The notes under the pieces were generated by a model, which did no database searches, was not told the DNA's origin, and was given only the letters and a program-made list of their open reading frames with translations. A stretch of 64,000 nt of DNA. It comes from a virus. The translations under genes were made by a program, and so were the position numbers. Below are positions 1 through 7,629 of the stretch, piece after piece. The stretch's first letter is position 1, and each line of letters starts with the position of its first letter. The stretch spans positions 1 through 64,000 of IMG/VR virus record IMGVR_UViG_3300047462_000344. The stretch is one strand, 5' to 3'.

Positions 1-113
1 CCCATCTGCTGCCAGATGATGCCCGACGCGGCACGAAGGGCGCGTTCGCAAACGCAGGTGATGTCGTGCTGACGGGATTCCGTCAGCCAGTCGCGGCGTG
101 GCGCGTCACTCAT
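1..113 (-). CDS. N-terminal 37 codons of an unknown gene that runs off the left edge (flank or neighbouring element)
   Basis: ATG at 113-111 with GGGAG 7 nt upstream on the minus strand. The frame is open to nt 1 (MSDAPRRDWLTESRQHDITCVCERALRAASGIIWQQM...). Confidence 0.4.
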   Translation of the reverse strand, partial: MSDAPRRDWLTESRQHDITCVCERALRAASGIIWQQM

Positions 114-263
114 GGCGGGTCTCCCGCATAGAAAGCCTGTTGCCTGCTCAACCATAAGGTTCCGACCATTGCAAGACAAAAACGTAGCAGCTATGTACGT
201 TTTGCCCTGAAATGGGTGCGTTTCATGCCTATACATGCAATGAACTGGCAAGCGATTACAACA

Positions 264-329
264 GCTTCGCGGTAGAGCATCGCCTTCACACGGCGGGGGT
301 CACAGGTTCAATCCCTGTCGCACCCACCA
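264..329 (+). tRNA. 3' 66 nt of tRNA-Val (anticodon CAC), D-arm through encoded CCA; the 5' acceptor strand is absent at the normal position (att-core copy or split tRNA)
   Basis: D stem 264-267/275-278. Anticodon stem 280-284/292-296, loop TTCACAC (CAC at 287-289). Variable loop GGGTC. T stem 302-306/314-318, loop TTCAATC. Acceptor 3' strand CGCACCC 319-325, A326, CCA 327-329. Positions 255-261 (ATTACAA) cannot pair with the acceptor strand. Confidence 0.6.
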
Positions 330-347
330 GTGAAAGCACTGAAAACG

Positions 348-1523
348 CTAGGCTTTCCGTTTCGATTGCGTTGCCTGTATAGACAGGTTTTCGTTCACAG
401 TTGCTACGTTTTGCCTCCCCAGGCCCAGCGAACGGGCGGCATCGGCCAGGAATTCCGGGCTATGGCTGGCATAGACCGCCTCAGTCACTTTGGTGTTACG
501 GTGGCCGAGGAACCGAGAGATGGGCAGCATGTCGATACCGTCCATCGCCATCCAGGTCGCCGCAGTGTGGCGTAGCACGTGCGGCGTGACGCCGGCCAAG
601 CCGGCCCGGGCGACCGCGCCACGAAACCCAGTCTTTATGCTCTTCACCGCCTTGCCATGTTCCTGGATCACGGTGGGGGGCGATCCATCCTCAGGCTGTA
701 CGCGCCCCTCGTTCGCCTCAATGAGCACGGCGAGCAGGGTATCGTTGATCGGCACGATGGCCCGGCCCTTATTGCCTTTGCCCCGCCCCAGGTTGATCCG
801 GCGCCCCTCCAGGTCCACCGCCGACCAGGGCAGCTCCAGCAATGCGCCGGCCCTGGCGGCCGTGCAGAGCGCCAGCACGATGAACAGTTTGATGTGCGGC
901 GAGCGGGCCCCATCAAGTAGTTTGGCGAACTCCTCGCGGGTCAGCCATCGATCTTTGGGGGGCGGTGCCGACGGCGCCGGCACGTAAGGCACTTCGTCTA
1001 TCCATTTCTCCCGCTTCGCCCAGTTCAGGGCGGCGCGCAGGTTCACCACTTCGCGGAGAATCGTGCCATCGCTGACCGGCTTGCGCCTGCGATTTTTCGG
1101 GCCGCCCGTCTCAAAACCCTCAACCTGGCGTTGCCGCGCGTAGAGCTTGCCGCGCTGCCGCGTCAGGTTTGTCGCATCAAGGTCACCCAAATGCCGACGC
1201 ACCGGCTTCATGTGGCTTACCAACCTATCGTAGAGTTCGTCGGTCATTTCCTCCCGTTTTTCGGCCATATAGCCGTCCAGGATTTGACCGATTGTAGGGG
1301 TTGGTGGTGGTGGTGGCGAAGCGAGACCAGCCTGGAAATTGGCTAGGAAGCGGTTCGCGCCATCCCGTGTTGTTGCCCCCGTCGAAACCCATCGCCACCG
1401 GGCCGCCGCGCGGGGTGCAGCGGGATCGGCGCCGGCGGCGGCTGATTCCCACCAGCGGATATAGTAGGTGTCACCCCGCCGGCTGAACTTATAATTCGGG
1501 GCTTCGAGATTGGGGCGCGCCAT
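348..1523 (-). CDS. int: Tyrosine-family phage integrase
   Basis: 391 aa. C-terminal signature GVTPHVLRHTAATWMAMDGIDMLPISRFLGHRNTKVTEAVYASH (HxxR...H...Y). The stop lies 18 nt from the tRNA 3' end. Confidence 0.9.
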   Translation of the reverse strand: MARPNLEAPNYKFSRRGDTYYIRWWESAAAGADPAAPRAAARWRWVSTGATTRDGANRFLANFQAGLASPPPPPTPTIGQILDGYMAEKREEMTDELYDRLVSHMKPVRRHLGDLDATNLTRQRGKLYARQRQVEGFETGGPKNRRRKPVSDGTILREVVNLRAALNWAKREKWIDEVPYVPAPSAPPPKDRWLTREEFAKLLDGARSPHIKLFIVLALCTAARAGALLELPWSAVDLEGRRINLGRGKGNKGRAIVPINDTLLAVLIEANEGRVQPEDGSPPTVIQEHGKAVKSIKTGFRGAVARAGLAGVTPHVLRHTAATWMAMDGIDMLPISRFLGHRNTKVTEAVYASHSPEFLADAARSLGLGRQNVATVNENLSIQATQSKRKA

Positions 1524-1690
1524 TGCTGTTCCTCGTAAGCGAGACGATCCGCATACCTGATACGAATTGAATTGCCTATGCGTAAATGGCCCAGCGCCCC
1601 GGACCCGACCAGGTTATAGATATGCCGGGCCGAGACGCCCCATTCCCGGGCAAGGGACGCCACTGTGTAGCCAGCCCGCTCCTCAGCCAT
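1343..1690 (-). CDS. xis: Excisionase/MerR-type HTH DNA-binding protein
   Basis: ATG at 1690. MAEERAGYTVASLAREWGVSARHIYNLVGSGALGHLRIGNSIRIRYADRL is an excisionase-type HTH. There is no stop until 1343, so the 3' part overlaps the int start (1523) in another frame. Confidence 0.6.
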   Translation of the reverse strand: MAEERAGYTVASLAREWGVSARHIYNLVGSGALGHLRIGNSIRIRYADRLAYEEQQWRAPISKPRIISSAGGVTPTISAGGNQPPPAPIPLHPARRPGGDGFRRGQQHGMARTAS

Positions 1691-1719
1691 CACAACCCCT
1701 CCTACTCGTCGGTGATTGG

Positions 1720-1890
1720 TCAGGCATGCCCCACCGGGACATGCAATTCTCCCCGCGCCATGGGGCACATCTCGGGGCCAGGACAGTCGGCCGCGCCGAT
1801 ACCGAAGCACGCGCAGCCGGGCCGTTTGAGCGGGTTGGGCGGCGGTTCGGCGGCTGGGTGTCGCGCCATTTCATCGTCTGTCATTGCCAT
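1720..1890 (-). CDS. Small Cys-rich hypothetical protein (56 aa)
   Basis: ATG at 1890 (MAMTDDEMARHPAAEPPPNPLKRPGCACFGIGAADCPGPEMCP...). Fits the gap between neighbouring minus-strand genes. No recognised motif. Confidence 0.3.
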   Translation of the reverse strand: MAMTDDEMARHPAAEPPPNPLKRPGCACFGIGAADCPGPEMCPMARGELHVPVGHA

Positions 1891-1963
1891 ATCCACCACG
1901 CCAACAGGTTCGGCGGCGCAATTACACCACAGATGGGCGCGGCGCAATTGCTGATCCGCATCA

Positions 1964-2449
1964 TTACGTTGTTTCTTTTATGACTAAGGTGGCGCGCGCG
2001 TCGCTCAACTCACGCCGCAGCATCGCCAGTTCCCGCCGCATCGATTTGATCGCCGCGGCGAGCTGGGGGGCGAGGAACCAGAGATCGTCCGCCCCATCCG
2101 TCTCCTCTAACCGGTGCACCAATTCCACCGGTGTGGGTGGGGTGGCGGCGGCGGGGCGCTGGAGGTGGACCAGCAGCGAGGACACGATTGAGGCGAGGAC
2201 GGCACACTGGAAAGCGCCAGCCGACTTGTCCGTCATGACGGGGCCGGACAGGACCGCGGAAGCATACGCGGCCATCTCCTCCAACTCATTCATGCCGAGC
2301 GGCTCCGGCCACTGCGGCATGCCAAGGGTGAGCCGCCGCGCCATCCTGGCCAGGGCCGGGTCAGGGGTGGGTTGCGCGGGTCTGGCGGGTCTGGCGGGCT
2401 GGTGCGGCGCGGCGCGGGTCGCTGGGCCGGGATGTTGGTTAGCGGGCAT
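1964..2449 (-). CDS. Hypothetical early protein
   Basis: ATG at 2449 overlaps the upstream stop (2439) by 11 nt. The C-terminal half is non-repetitive (NELEEMAAYASAVLSGPVMTDKSAGAFQCAVLASIVSSLL...). The start is uncertain. Confidence 0.45.
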   Translation of the reverse strand: MPANQHPGPATRAAPHQPARPARPAQPTPDPALARMARRLTLGMPQWPEPLGMNELEEMAAYASAVLSGPVMTDKSAGAFQCAVLASIVSSLLVHLQRPAAATPPTPVELVHRLEETDGADDLWFLAPQLAAAIKSMRRELAMLRRELSDARATLVIKETT

Positions 2450-2825
2450 GGCGGGCCACCTCCGCGCCGGCGGGTCGGGATGCCGCATCCGCCGCTTCGA
2501 TGCGGCGCCTCAATGCTTCTGGCGTGTCGGTGAAAGTCTCGTAGCCTTTCGGAACTTGCAGACAATACATGGCGACTTGACCGCCGCTTGCCGACATACT
2601 CCCGCCGCTTCCCAACCCAACAGTCTTCTCAGACCTGTCAGACCCGCACCGCACATATACTGGTACGCCACTGTCCGGGTATTTAGCCAGGTTGGGATAA
2701 GCCAGGGCAAGGCTGACGAAACAGCCGAACATGATGACGACGAGCGCGATTGCGGCCGACGCGGGGTGGGTGACGTATCGATATAGCACGCAACCGGCAC
2801 GCGGCGCGTTTCCATGTGTGTTCAT
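2439..2825 (-). CDS. Small membrane protein (128 aa)
   Basis: ATG at 2825 forms an ATGA overlap with the helicase stop (2822-2824). One clear hydrophobic helix, ASAAIALVVIMFGCFVSLALAY. Confidence 0.65.
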   Translation of the reverse strand: MNTHGNAPRAGCVLYRYVTHPASAAIALVVIMFGCFVSLALAYPNLAKYPDSGVPVYVRCGSDRSEKTVGLGSGGSMSASGGQVAMYCLQVPKGYETFTDTPEALRRRIEAADAASRPAGAEVARHAR

Positions 2826-4195
2826 AAATGCTCCTCTGGGGGGGGTGCGTCCGAAATCCAACCCGGCTCTGCGGGCTGCTCCGTCCGGTTGTGTGCATCT
2901 GTGTGGTCGTTGGAGTAGAAACGGCCGGTAAGAGGATCGAGGATGAGCTCGACCATGTCGCCGCGGCGGCCGAAGCGGCGAAATCTGGTTTTGATGACGT
3001 GGACCTGCGTCACGGTGGCGGGGCGGTGCACCACGACGACGATGTCCGGCTTGTTCGCCCACATCGCCCCACCCGCTATGTCGTAGGCGGTGGGGACGGG
3101 CACCTCATCGCCGGGTTTGGCCGGCTTGAGCTTCGTGGGGTGGGCCACGATGTGGACATTGCAGCCGTGCCGGTTCGCGAACGCCTTGAGGCGGCGGATG
3201 GCCCGACCCAGGTAGATATCCTCGCGCAGACCGTCCCAGTGATGATCCACCTCGTTCCAGGGGTCGATGACGAAGTCTGTCGTGCCGCCGCGCAGCACGG
3301 CTGCCACGGCCCGATCGATGAGCCAATCCAGGGTCGGGTCTTCATCGTCGGCGACGAACAGGCTGAAATGCGCGCGGGCCCAATCCCCCGCCGCTTTGAT
3401 CTCATCGTCGGACATAGGTTCCACCCCAGGGACGAGGGGTGGGTAGAACGGCTTTCCCGCGCGCCACTGGGCCACGTCAGCGACCAAGCTCTCCCATGGC
3501 GTCATCTCAGGCGAGAAGACCGCCCAGCGCCGTCCGTAGCGGGTTGCGGTGTGTGCCATGAGTTGGGTGAGCAGGGTGGATTTGCCGTGCCCCGGAATAC
3601 CGGTCCAGACGAGGAGGCGCCCCTCCATCGGGATGTGCAGGATCTTGTCGAGCGCGTAGGTGCCCGTCGTCATTGTGCCGGGCGGCTTGGTGTAGCGCCA
3701 ATCGAGCAGCATCTGGCCTGACGGGATATGCACGCCGGAGAGCGGCCAGGGTTCGGCCGCATTGATGATGTCCCGCACCGATGAGATGCCGTAATCCTGG
3801 AGCGCGCAGTGGATATTGCTGGCATCGGCGGGCCAGCGGACCCGCCAGACGCGGTGGCGGCCGAGCCGGCGCGCCAGTTCTTCAACATGGGTTTTGTCCG
3901 GGGTGCAGAGGACGATCTTCTCCGCTTTGGCGAGGAAATCCGTGTAGCGCGGGTCGCCGAGCGCGCGGAACATGTCAGCGCCGGTTTCCATCCTGGACTG
4001 GGGAGGTGGGATGCAGGCAACGACCTGCTCGTAGCCGCATTCCCGCAGCGCGACACAACCGGCGTGATCATCGGCCCACCAGATCACGTCGGGGGTGACG
4101 ATTTCGGCCGCACCGTAGAGCGTGCCAGGCACCGGCTTGCCGCCGCGGTAGCTGTGGGTATCGGCGTAGCCGGCGTAGAGCGGATCGTCACTCAT
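2822..4195 (-). CDS. Toprim-domain / DnaB(RecA-fold)-type replicative helicase (T7 gp4 / Twinkle-like layout, no zinc finger seen)
   Basis: ATG at 4195 in an ATGA overlap with the upstream stop. Toprim-like DVIWWADDHAGCVALRECGYEQVV. Walker A GIPGHGKST. DFVIDPWNE and NVHIVAHPTK motifs. Confidence 0.85.
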   Translation of the reverse strand: MSDDPLYAGYADTHSYRGGKPVPGTLYGAAEIVTPDVIWWADDHAGCVALRECGYEQVVACIPPPQSRMETGADMFRALGDPRYTDFLAKAEKIVLCTPDKTHVEELARRLGRHRVWRVRWPADASNIHCALQDYGISSVRDIINAAEPWPLSGVHIPSGQMLLDWRYTKPPGTMTTGTYALDKILHIPMEGRLLVWTGIPGHGKSTLLTQLMAHTATRYGRRWAVFSPEMTPWESLVADVAQWRAGKPFYPPLVPGVEPMSDDEIKAAGDWARAHFSLFVADDEDPTLDWLIDRAVAAVLRGGTTDFVIDPWNEVDHHWDGLREDIYLGRAIRRLKAFANRHGCNVHIVAHPTKLKPAKPGDEVPVPTAYDIAGGAMWANKPDIVVVVHRPATVTQVHVIKTRFRRFGRRGDMVELILDPLTGRFYSNDHTDAHNRTEQPAEPGWISDAPPPEEHL

Positions 4196-4734
4196 CCGAA
4201 CCGGTACTCCAGTTCGGCGCCGATCATGGCGATTTCGCCGGCGTAGAAGCCCCGCTCGTGCCGCCACCGCGTCCACCACGCCACCTCTTCGTCCACGATG
4301 AGTTGCACGTCGTGGCGTGGCATGAAGGCGGCATGCTCCATTGCGAGCCGCATCAGGTCGTCAGGCGATGCGCCACGGGCGACGAAGGGGCCGATCCGCT
4401 TGCGGATGGTCATGTCGATGCGGTCCAGCGCCAGGGCCGCATGCTCCGCCGCCTCGCTCAGCGCCCGATCACGGGCTGCGTAAACCTCATCCCATTCGTC
4501 ACGGTTGAATCCGCTGAGGTTGCCTTGGGTGCGGAGGAAATGGTCGGCCACGGGATCGACGGCGCGGCCGATCCACAACGTCAGGGCGCGCCAGACCCAA
4601 TCCGCGCTGCGCCGCCCCGTCGCATATTGCTGCCCGAGATAGGCCGTCACGGCGTTCCAGTGGGGCACATTTTTTCGCGCGGACCAGTGCGGGTCCCACT
4701 GCCGCGCCATGTCGGGAGGCCAGATCGTTCTCAC
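4192..4734 (-). CDS. Hypothetical replication-module protein (helicase-loader position)
   Basis: 180-aa ORF. GTG at 4734 overlaps the upstream TGA (GTGA); an alternative ATG is at 4710. Ends in an ATGA overlap with the helicase gene. Confidence 0.6.
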   Translation of the reverse strand: MRTIWPPDMARQWDPHWSARKNVPHWNAVTAYLGQQYATGRRSADWVWRALTLWIGRAVDPVADHFLRTQGNLSGFNRDEWDEVYAARDRALSEAAEHAALALDRIDMTIRKRIGPFVARGASPDDLMRLAMEHAAFMPRHDVQLIVDEEVAWWTRWRHERGFYAGEIAMIGAELEYRFG

Positions 4735-5897
4735 CGGCCCACCACGGCCAGCATGTCGCCGGTGACCCGCTTCCCGTTCAGCATGAACACCTCCGCCTCC
4801 TGCTCAGGCTTGCGCGGCGGTGCGGCGGCGGTGTCGCGGACGTAGAAGCCCGACGCGACTTTCTCGAAATTGGTGGGCAGGATGATCCAGCCGAAATCGG
4901 CGCGGAACGGCGCCCCACCCTCGCGCGGGGTGACCTGGCCGAGCGGCCACGGGCTTTTGTTCAGGCACCGCAGCATGGCACGGAACCCCTCAATGCCGTC
5001 CGGGTCCGGCTTCCCCCCCGGCCCCGCCTTGGCCCGCTTCACACACTCGGCAAGCCTGGCCCGCAGCGCGCTGAGCCGCTTCGCCGACAGCGGCCAGGAA
5101 CAGGCGGGCAGCCCGTTGCGCGCCGCGATCAGGTTGTAGTTCCGCACCGCCTCAGCCTCAGGCCCCGCCGCCTCAGCCAAGCCACCATCGCCCGGGGCAC
5201 ACACCACCTCGGCAGAGCCGCCGGGCGGGTCGGCCGCGGCAGCGTCCGACGACTCTCGCTTTAGCGAGAGTACTCTTTTCTTCCCTTCTTCTCTTCTTCT
5301 CTTCTTGTTCTTGGTCCCATGTGTACAATTTTTCGGTCCCAAGTCTGTCCCACATTCGGTCCCGCTTCGGTCATACGCACACGAACTTTCTGTAGCATCT
5401 GATTGATTATATTCATCATTCTCACACTCAGCTTCGGTCCCGCTTAGGTCCTTTTTTCGGTCCTCCATTGTACGTTTTTCGGTCCCAAGTTGGCCAAAAC
5501 CGTTTTCGGTCCCGCTTCGGTCCCACACCTCATCCAGCTTACGCCCATCCTCTTGATATTGTTCGTAGTTTACGATTAGCAGTACGGTCCCTGCTCGGTG
5601 GGGGGCCCGATTTTCGCACACTTCGACCACGTTGTTGGCGATCAGGGTCCGCATTACCCTGCGGACCGTGTTGCGGTGCAAACCGAACCGTTCGGAGAGC
5701 GGCCGCTCGGCGATCAGCACCTCACCGACACCAAGCTGCACGGCGCCGAACCTGCTGCTCACCATTGCGGGGCGCCATTGCGCGACCGAGATCATCCAGA
5801 TGAACAGGGATGCCTCCGACCGGTTCGCGAACATGGGATGGTCCCATATCCGCCGGTATATCTTGACGTAGCCGTTATCCCGCGCCGCATCAGGCAT
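4731..5897 (-). CDS. Replication initiator (lambda O-like logic): N-terminal winged-HTH, iteron-encoded linker, C-terminal domain
   Basis: 388 aa. HTH-like RPLSERFGLHRNTVRRVMRTLIANNVVEV. Central repetitive DRSGTE / LSGTE / DRSGTEC segment. Lies directly upstream of the loader-like and helicase genes. Confidence 0.7.
   Translation of the reverse strand: MPDAARDNGYVKIYRRIWDHPMFANRSEASLFIWMISVAQWRPAMVSSRFGAVQLGVGEVLIAERPLSERFGLHRNTVRRVMRTLIANNVVEVCENRAPHRAGTVLLIVNYEQYQEDGRKLDEVWDRSGTENGFGQLGTEKRTMEDRKKDLSGTEAECENDEYNQSDATESSCAYDRSGTECGTDLGPKNCTHGTKNKKRRREEGKKRVLSLKRESSDAAAADPPGGSAEVVCAPGDGGLAEAAGPEAEAVRNYNLIAARNGLPACSWPLSAKRLSALRARLAECVKRAKAGPGGKPDPDGIEGFRAMLRCLNKSPWPLGQVTPREGGAPFRADFGWIILPTNFEKVASGFYVRDTAAAPPRKPEQEAEVFMLNGKRVTGDMLAVVGR
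5311..5524. repeat. Iteron array (putative phage origin) inside the initiator gene
   Basis: TTCGGTCCC at 5332, 5355, 5433, 5478, 5505 and 5516. Variants at 5311 (TTGGTCCC), 5366 (TTCGGTCA), 5444 (TTAGGTCC), 5456 (TTCGGTCCT) and 5583 (TACGGTCCC). An AT-rich stretch at 5391-5430 splits the array. Confidence 0.75.
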
Positions 5898-5930
5898 TCA
5901 GATGGTCCCCGCGAATATCGGTGTGTGTGG

Positions 5931-6371
5931 TCAGGGCGCCGCTGGCGGCAGTTCTGTGATCGTCACTACCGTCCGCGCTTCGTCGCGGCGGCATTTCCGC
6001 TGCGTCGCGACAAGCGTGCACAGGGCCGGCTTGTCATCGCGGAGAAAGCCCAACCCGCGCTTGTGCAGCACGCGGGGCAACCCGCCGCCGCGCTTCGGGG
6101 CGGACACTTGTGGCGCGACGAGCACGTCGAGAAGCGCCTTGCAGGCGCCATAGAGATTGTCCTGGTCGAGTTCGCCGGGCGAAAACCGCACCACGTCCAC
6201 CCTGGCCCGCTCGAACGGCCGGTCGGGGCGCAAACCCCGCAGCGCCGCCATGATATTGCCGACCAACTTTTTCTCCAGGTCAGCCTTGGCGTGCACACTG
6301 CGCCGCCGGCTGGTCACGTTCAACGAATGAATGGCGAAGGGGATGGTGATCACCACCACATCACCCGACAT
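5931..6371 (-). CDS. rusA: RusA-family Holliday-junction resolvase
   Basis: ATG at 6371. ...RARVDVVRFSPGELDQDNLYGACKALLDVLV...GFLRDDKPA... fits the RusA D-x-D-N-L...K...D-x-L...DD pattern. Confidence 0.7.
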   Translation of the reverse strand: MSGDVVVITIPFAIHSLNVTSRRRSVHAKADLEKKLVGNIMAALRGLRPDRPFERARVDVVRFSPGELDQDNLYGACKALLDVLVAPQVSAPKRGGGLPRVLHKRGLGFLRDDKPALCTLVATQRKCRRDEARTVVTITELPPAAP

Positions 6372-6630
6372 GCGCCGGTGCCTCAGCAGCAGCAGCGCGA
6401 CGCGGCCGGCCCCGCCGCTTCGTCGTCGCCTTGTCCCGCGGGATGGGATGTTCCTTGCCGTAGCGTTCCATCCAGGCATACACCTTGTCCACCGTGGCCA
6501 GGGTCGGGGCGCGACCCTGACGCAACCGGGTCACCAACGATCCATCATTCACCGCCTGCTTCCCCAATAGGGAAGGGCGCACATTGAACAGTGCGAGGAA
6601 GGCTTCGACGTCGCGCAGGAATTGGTCCAT
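6361..6630 (-). CDS. Small putative DNA-binding regulator, first gene of the leftward early operon
   Basis: ATG at 6630 (a TTG at 6666 is also possible). MDQFLRDVEAFLALFNVRPSLLGKQAVNDGSLVTRLRQGRAPTLATVDKVYAWM... with a basic tail. Confidence 0.5.
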   Translation of the reverse strand: MDQFLRDVEAFLALFNVRPSLLGKQAVNDGSLVTRLRQGRAPTLATVDKVYAWMERYGKEHPIPRDKATTKRRGRPRRAAAAEAPAHVG

Positions 6631-6716
6631 CACTATGGGATAGATGGGGTTCCGTGACGAATGCAAGACCTTTCAGAAAAATTTTTTCGGATCGTCGGAA
6701 CCAACCGAAAAACCGC

Positions 6717-6744
6717 TTGACAGCCGTTGCGACGGCGTTAGGTT
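6717..6744 (+). promoter_or_regulatory. Rightward early promoter with a palindromic operator; near-leaderless
   Basis: TTGACA (6717-6722), 16-nt spacer, TAGGTT (6739-6744), then 8 nt to ATG 6753. The spacer contains the palindrome GCCGT-TGCG-ACGGC (6723-6736). No SD before the ATG. Confidence 0.5.
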
Positions 6745-6752
6745 GTCGCCCC

Positions 6753-7628
6753 ATGTCCGAAACGACACAACTCGCCATTCCTGGCACGGCCGATTTTGAT
6801 GGGCAAGTCCCGCGCTGGCCAGGCCTTGGCATGTTCCCCGGTATCGACGCCGAGGATTACCATGCCAGCCCGGGCATATCGACAAGCAAATTGAAACTAT
6901 TCGCCGAGCCGGGTGGGCCTGCCAAGGTCCGTTACGGACGACGAAAGGACACCGAGGCGCTGAAATTCGGCTCCCTGTTTCATACAGCCGTATTGGAACC
7001 GCATCTACTCGAAGACCTGTACTGCCCCACCAATCTCGACAGGGCCGGGACGAAGGCTTGGGATGCGGCGCAACTCGCGGCGGGTGGCCGGGAATTGGTG
7101 AAAATCGAAATTTACGAACAGGCATTACGCATGCGTGATGCCGTGTCGCGCCACCCCGGCGCCCGCCAGCTCAATGAGCATCCCCGCCGCTTGGTCGAGA
7201 ACTCGTTTTGGTGGACCGATCCCGCGACCGGATTGCTGCGCCGCGGCCGGGCCGACGGCCTGATCCCGGACTGGCATATCATTTACGATTTCAAATCCTG
7301 CGTCGATGCCGACCTGGACAGTTTTAGCCAGTCGATCGGCAATTACCGCTACCACTGGCAGGATGTGGGCTACAAAGATGGGGTCGCGGCTGCCGCGGGG
7401 TGGCAGCCCGAGGTGTTCGTCTTCATCGCCGTGGAGAAGGACGAGCCGCACCTCATCGGATTCTACGAGATCCCCGCCAAAGACCAGGAAATCGGGCGCG
7501 ACGAGGTGCGGGTCGAGCTGCGCCGATGGTTGGAATGTGAGCGCACCGATACCTGGCCCGGCTATCCGGAAGAACTCACCCCCTGCCCGCTCCCGAAGCG
7601 GTATCTGCACAGCATAGGAGCTGCATGA
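6753..7628 (+). CDS. PD-(D/E)XK exonuclease, RecE/ExoVIII C-terminal-domain type
   Basis: ATG 6753. HASPGISTSKLKLF..., KFGSLFHTAVLEP..., ADGLIPDWHIIYDFKSC (D...D/E-x-K). Immediately precedes recT. Confidence 0.75.
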   Translation: MSETTQLAIPGTADFDGQVPRWPGLGMFPGIDAEDYHASPGISTSKLKLFAEPGGPAKVRYGRRKDTEALKFGSLFHTAVLEPHLLEDLYCPTNLDRAGTKAWDAAQLAAGGRELVKIEIYEQALRMRDAVSRHPGARQLNEHPRRLVENSFWWTDPATGLLRRGRADGLIPDWHIIYDFKSCVDADLDSFSQSIGNYRYHWQDVGYKDGVAAAAGWQPEVFVFIAVEKDEPHLIGFYEIPAKDQEIGRDEVRVELRRWLECERTDTWPGYPEELTPCPLPKRYLHSIGAA

Positions 7629-7629
7629 C

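Noticed and set aside
2838-2845. G8 homopolymer at the helicase 3' end / start of the next gene as a phase-variation switch
   Set aside because: It encodes the PPP of the helicase C-terminus. This is a single tract with no population data, so there is no support beyond its presence.
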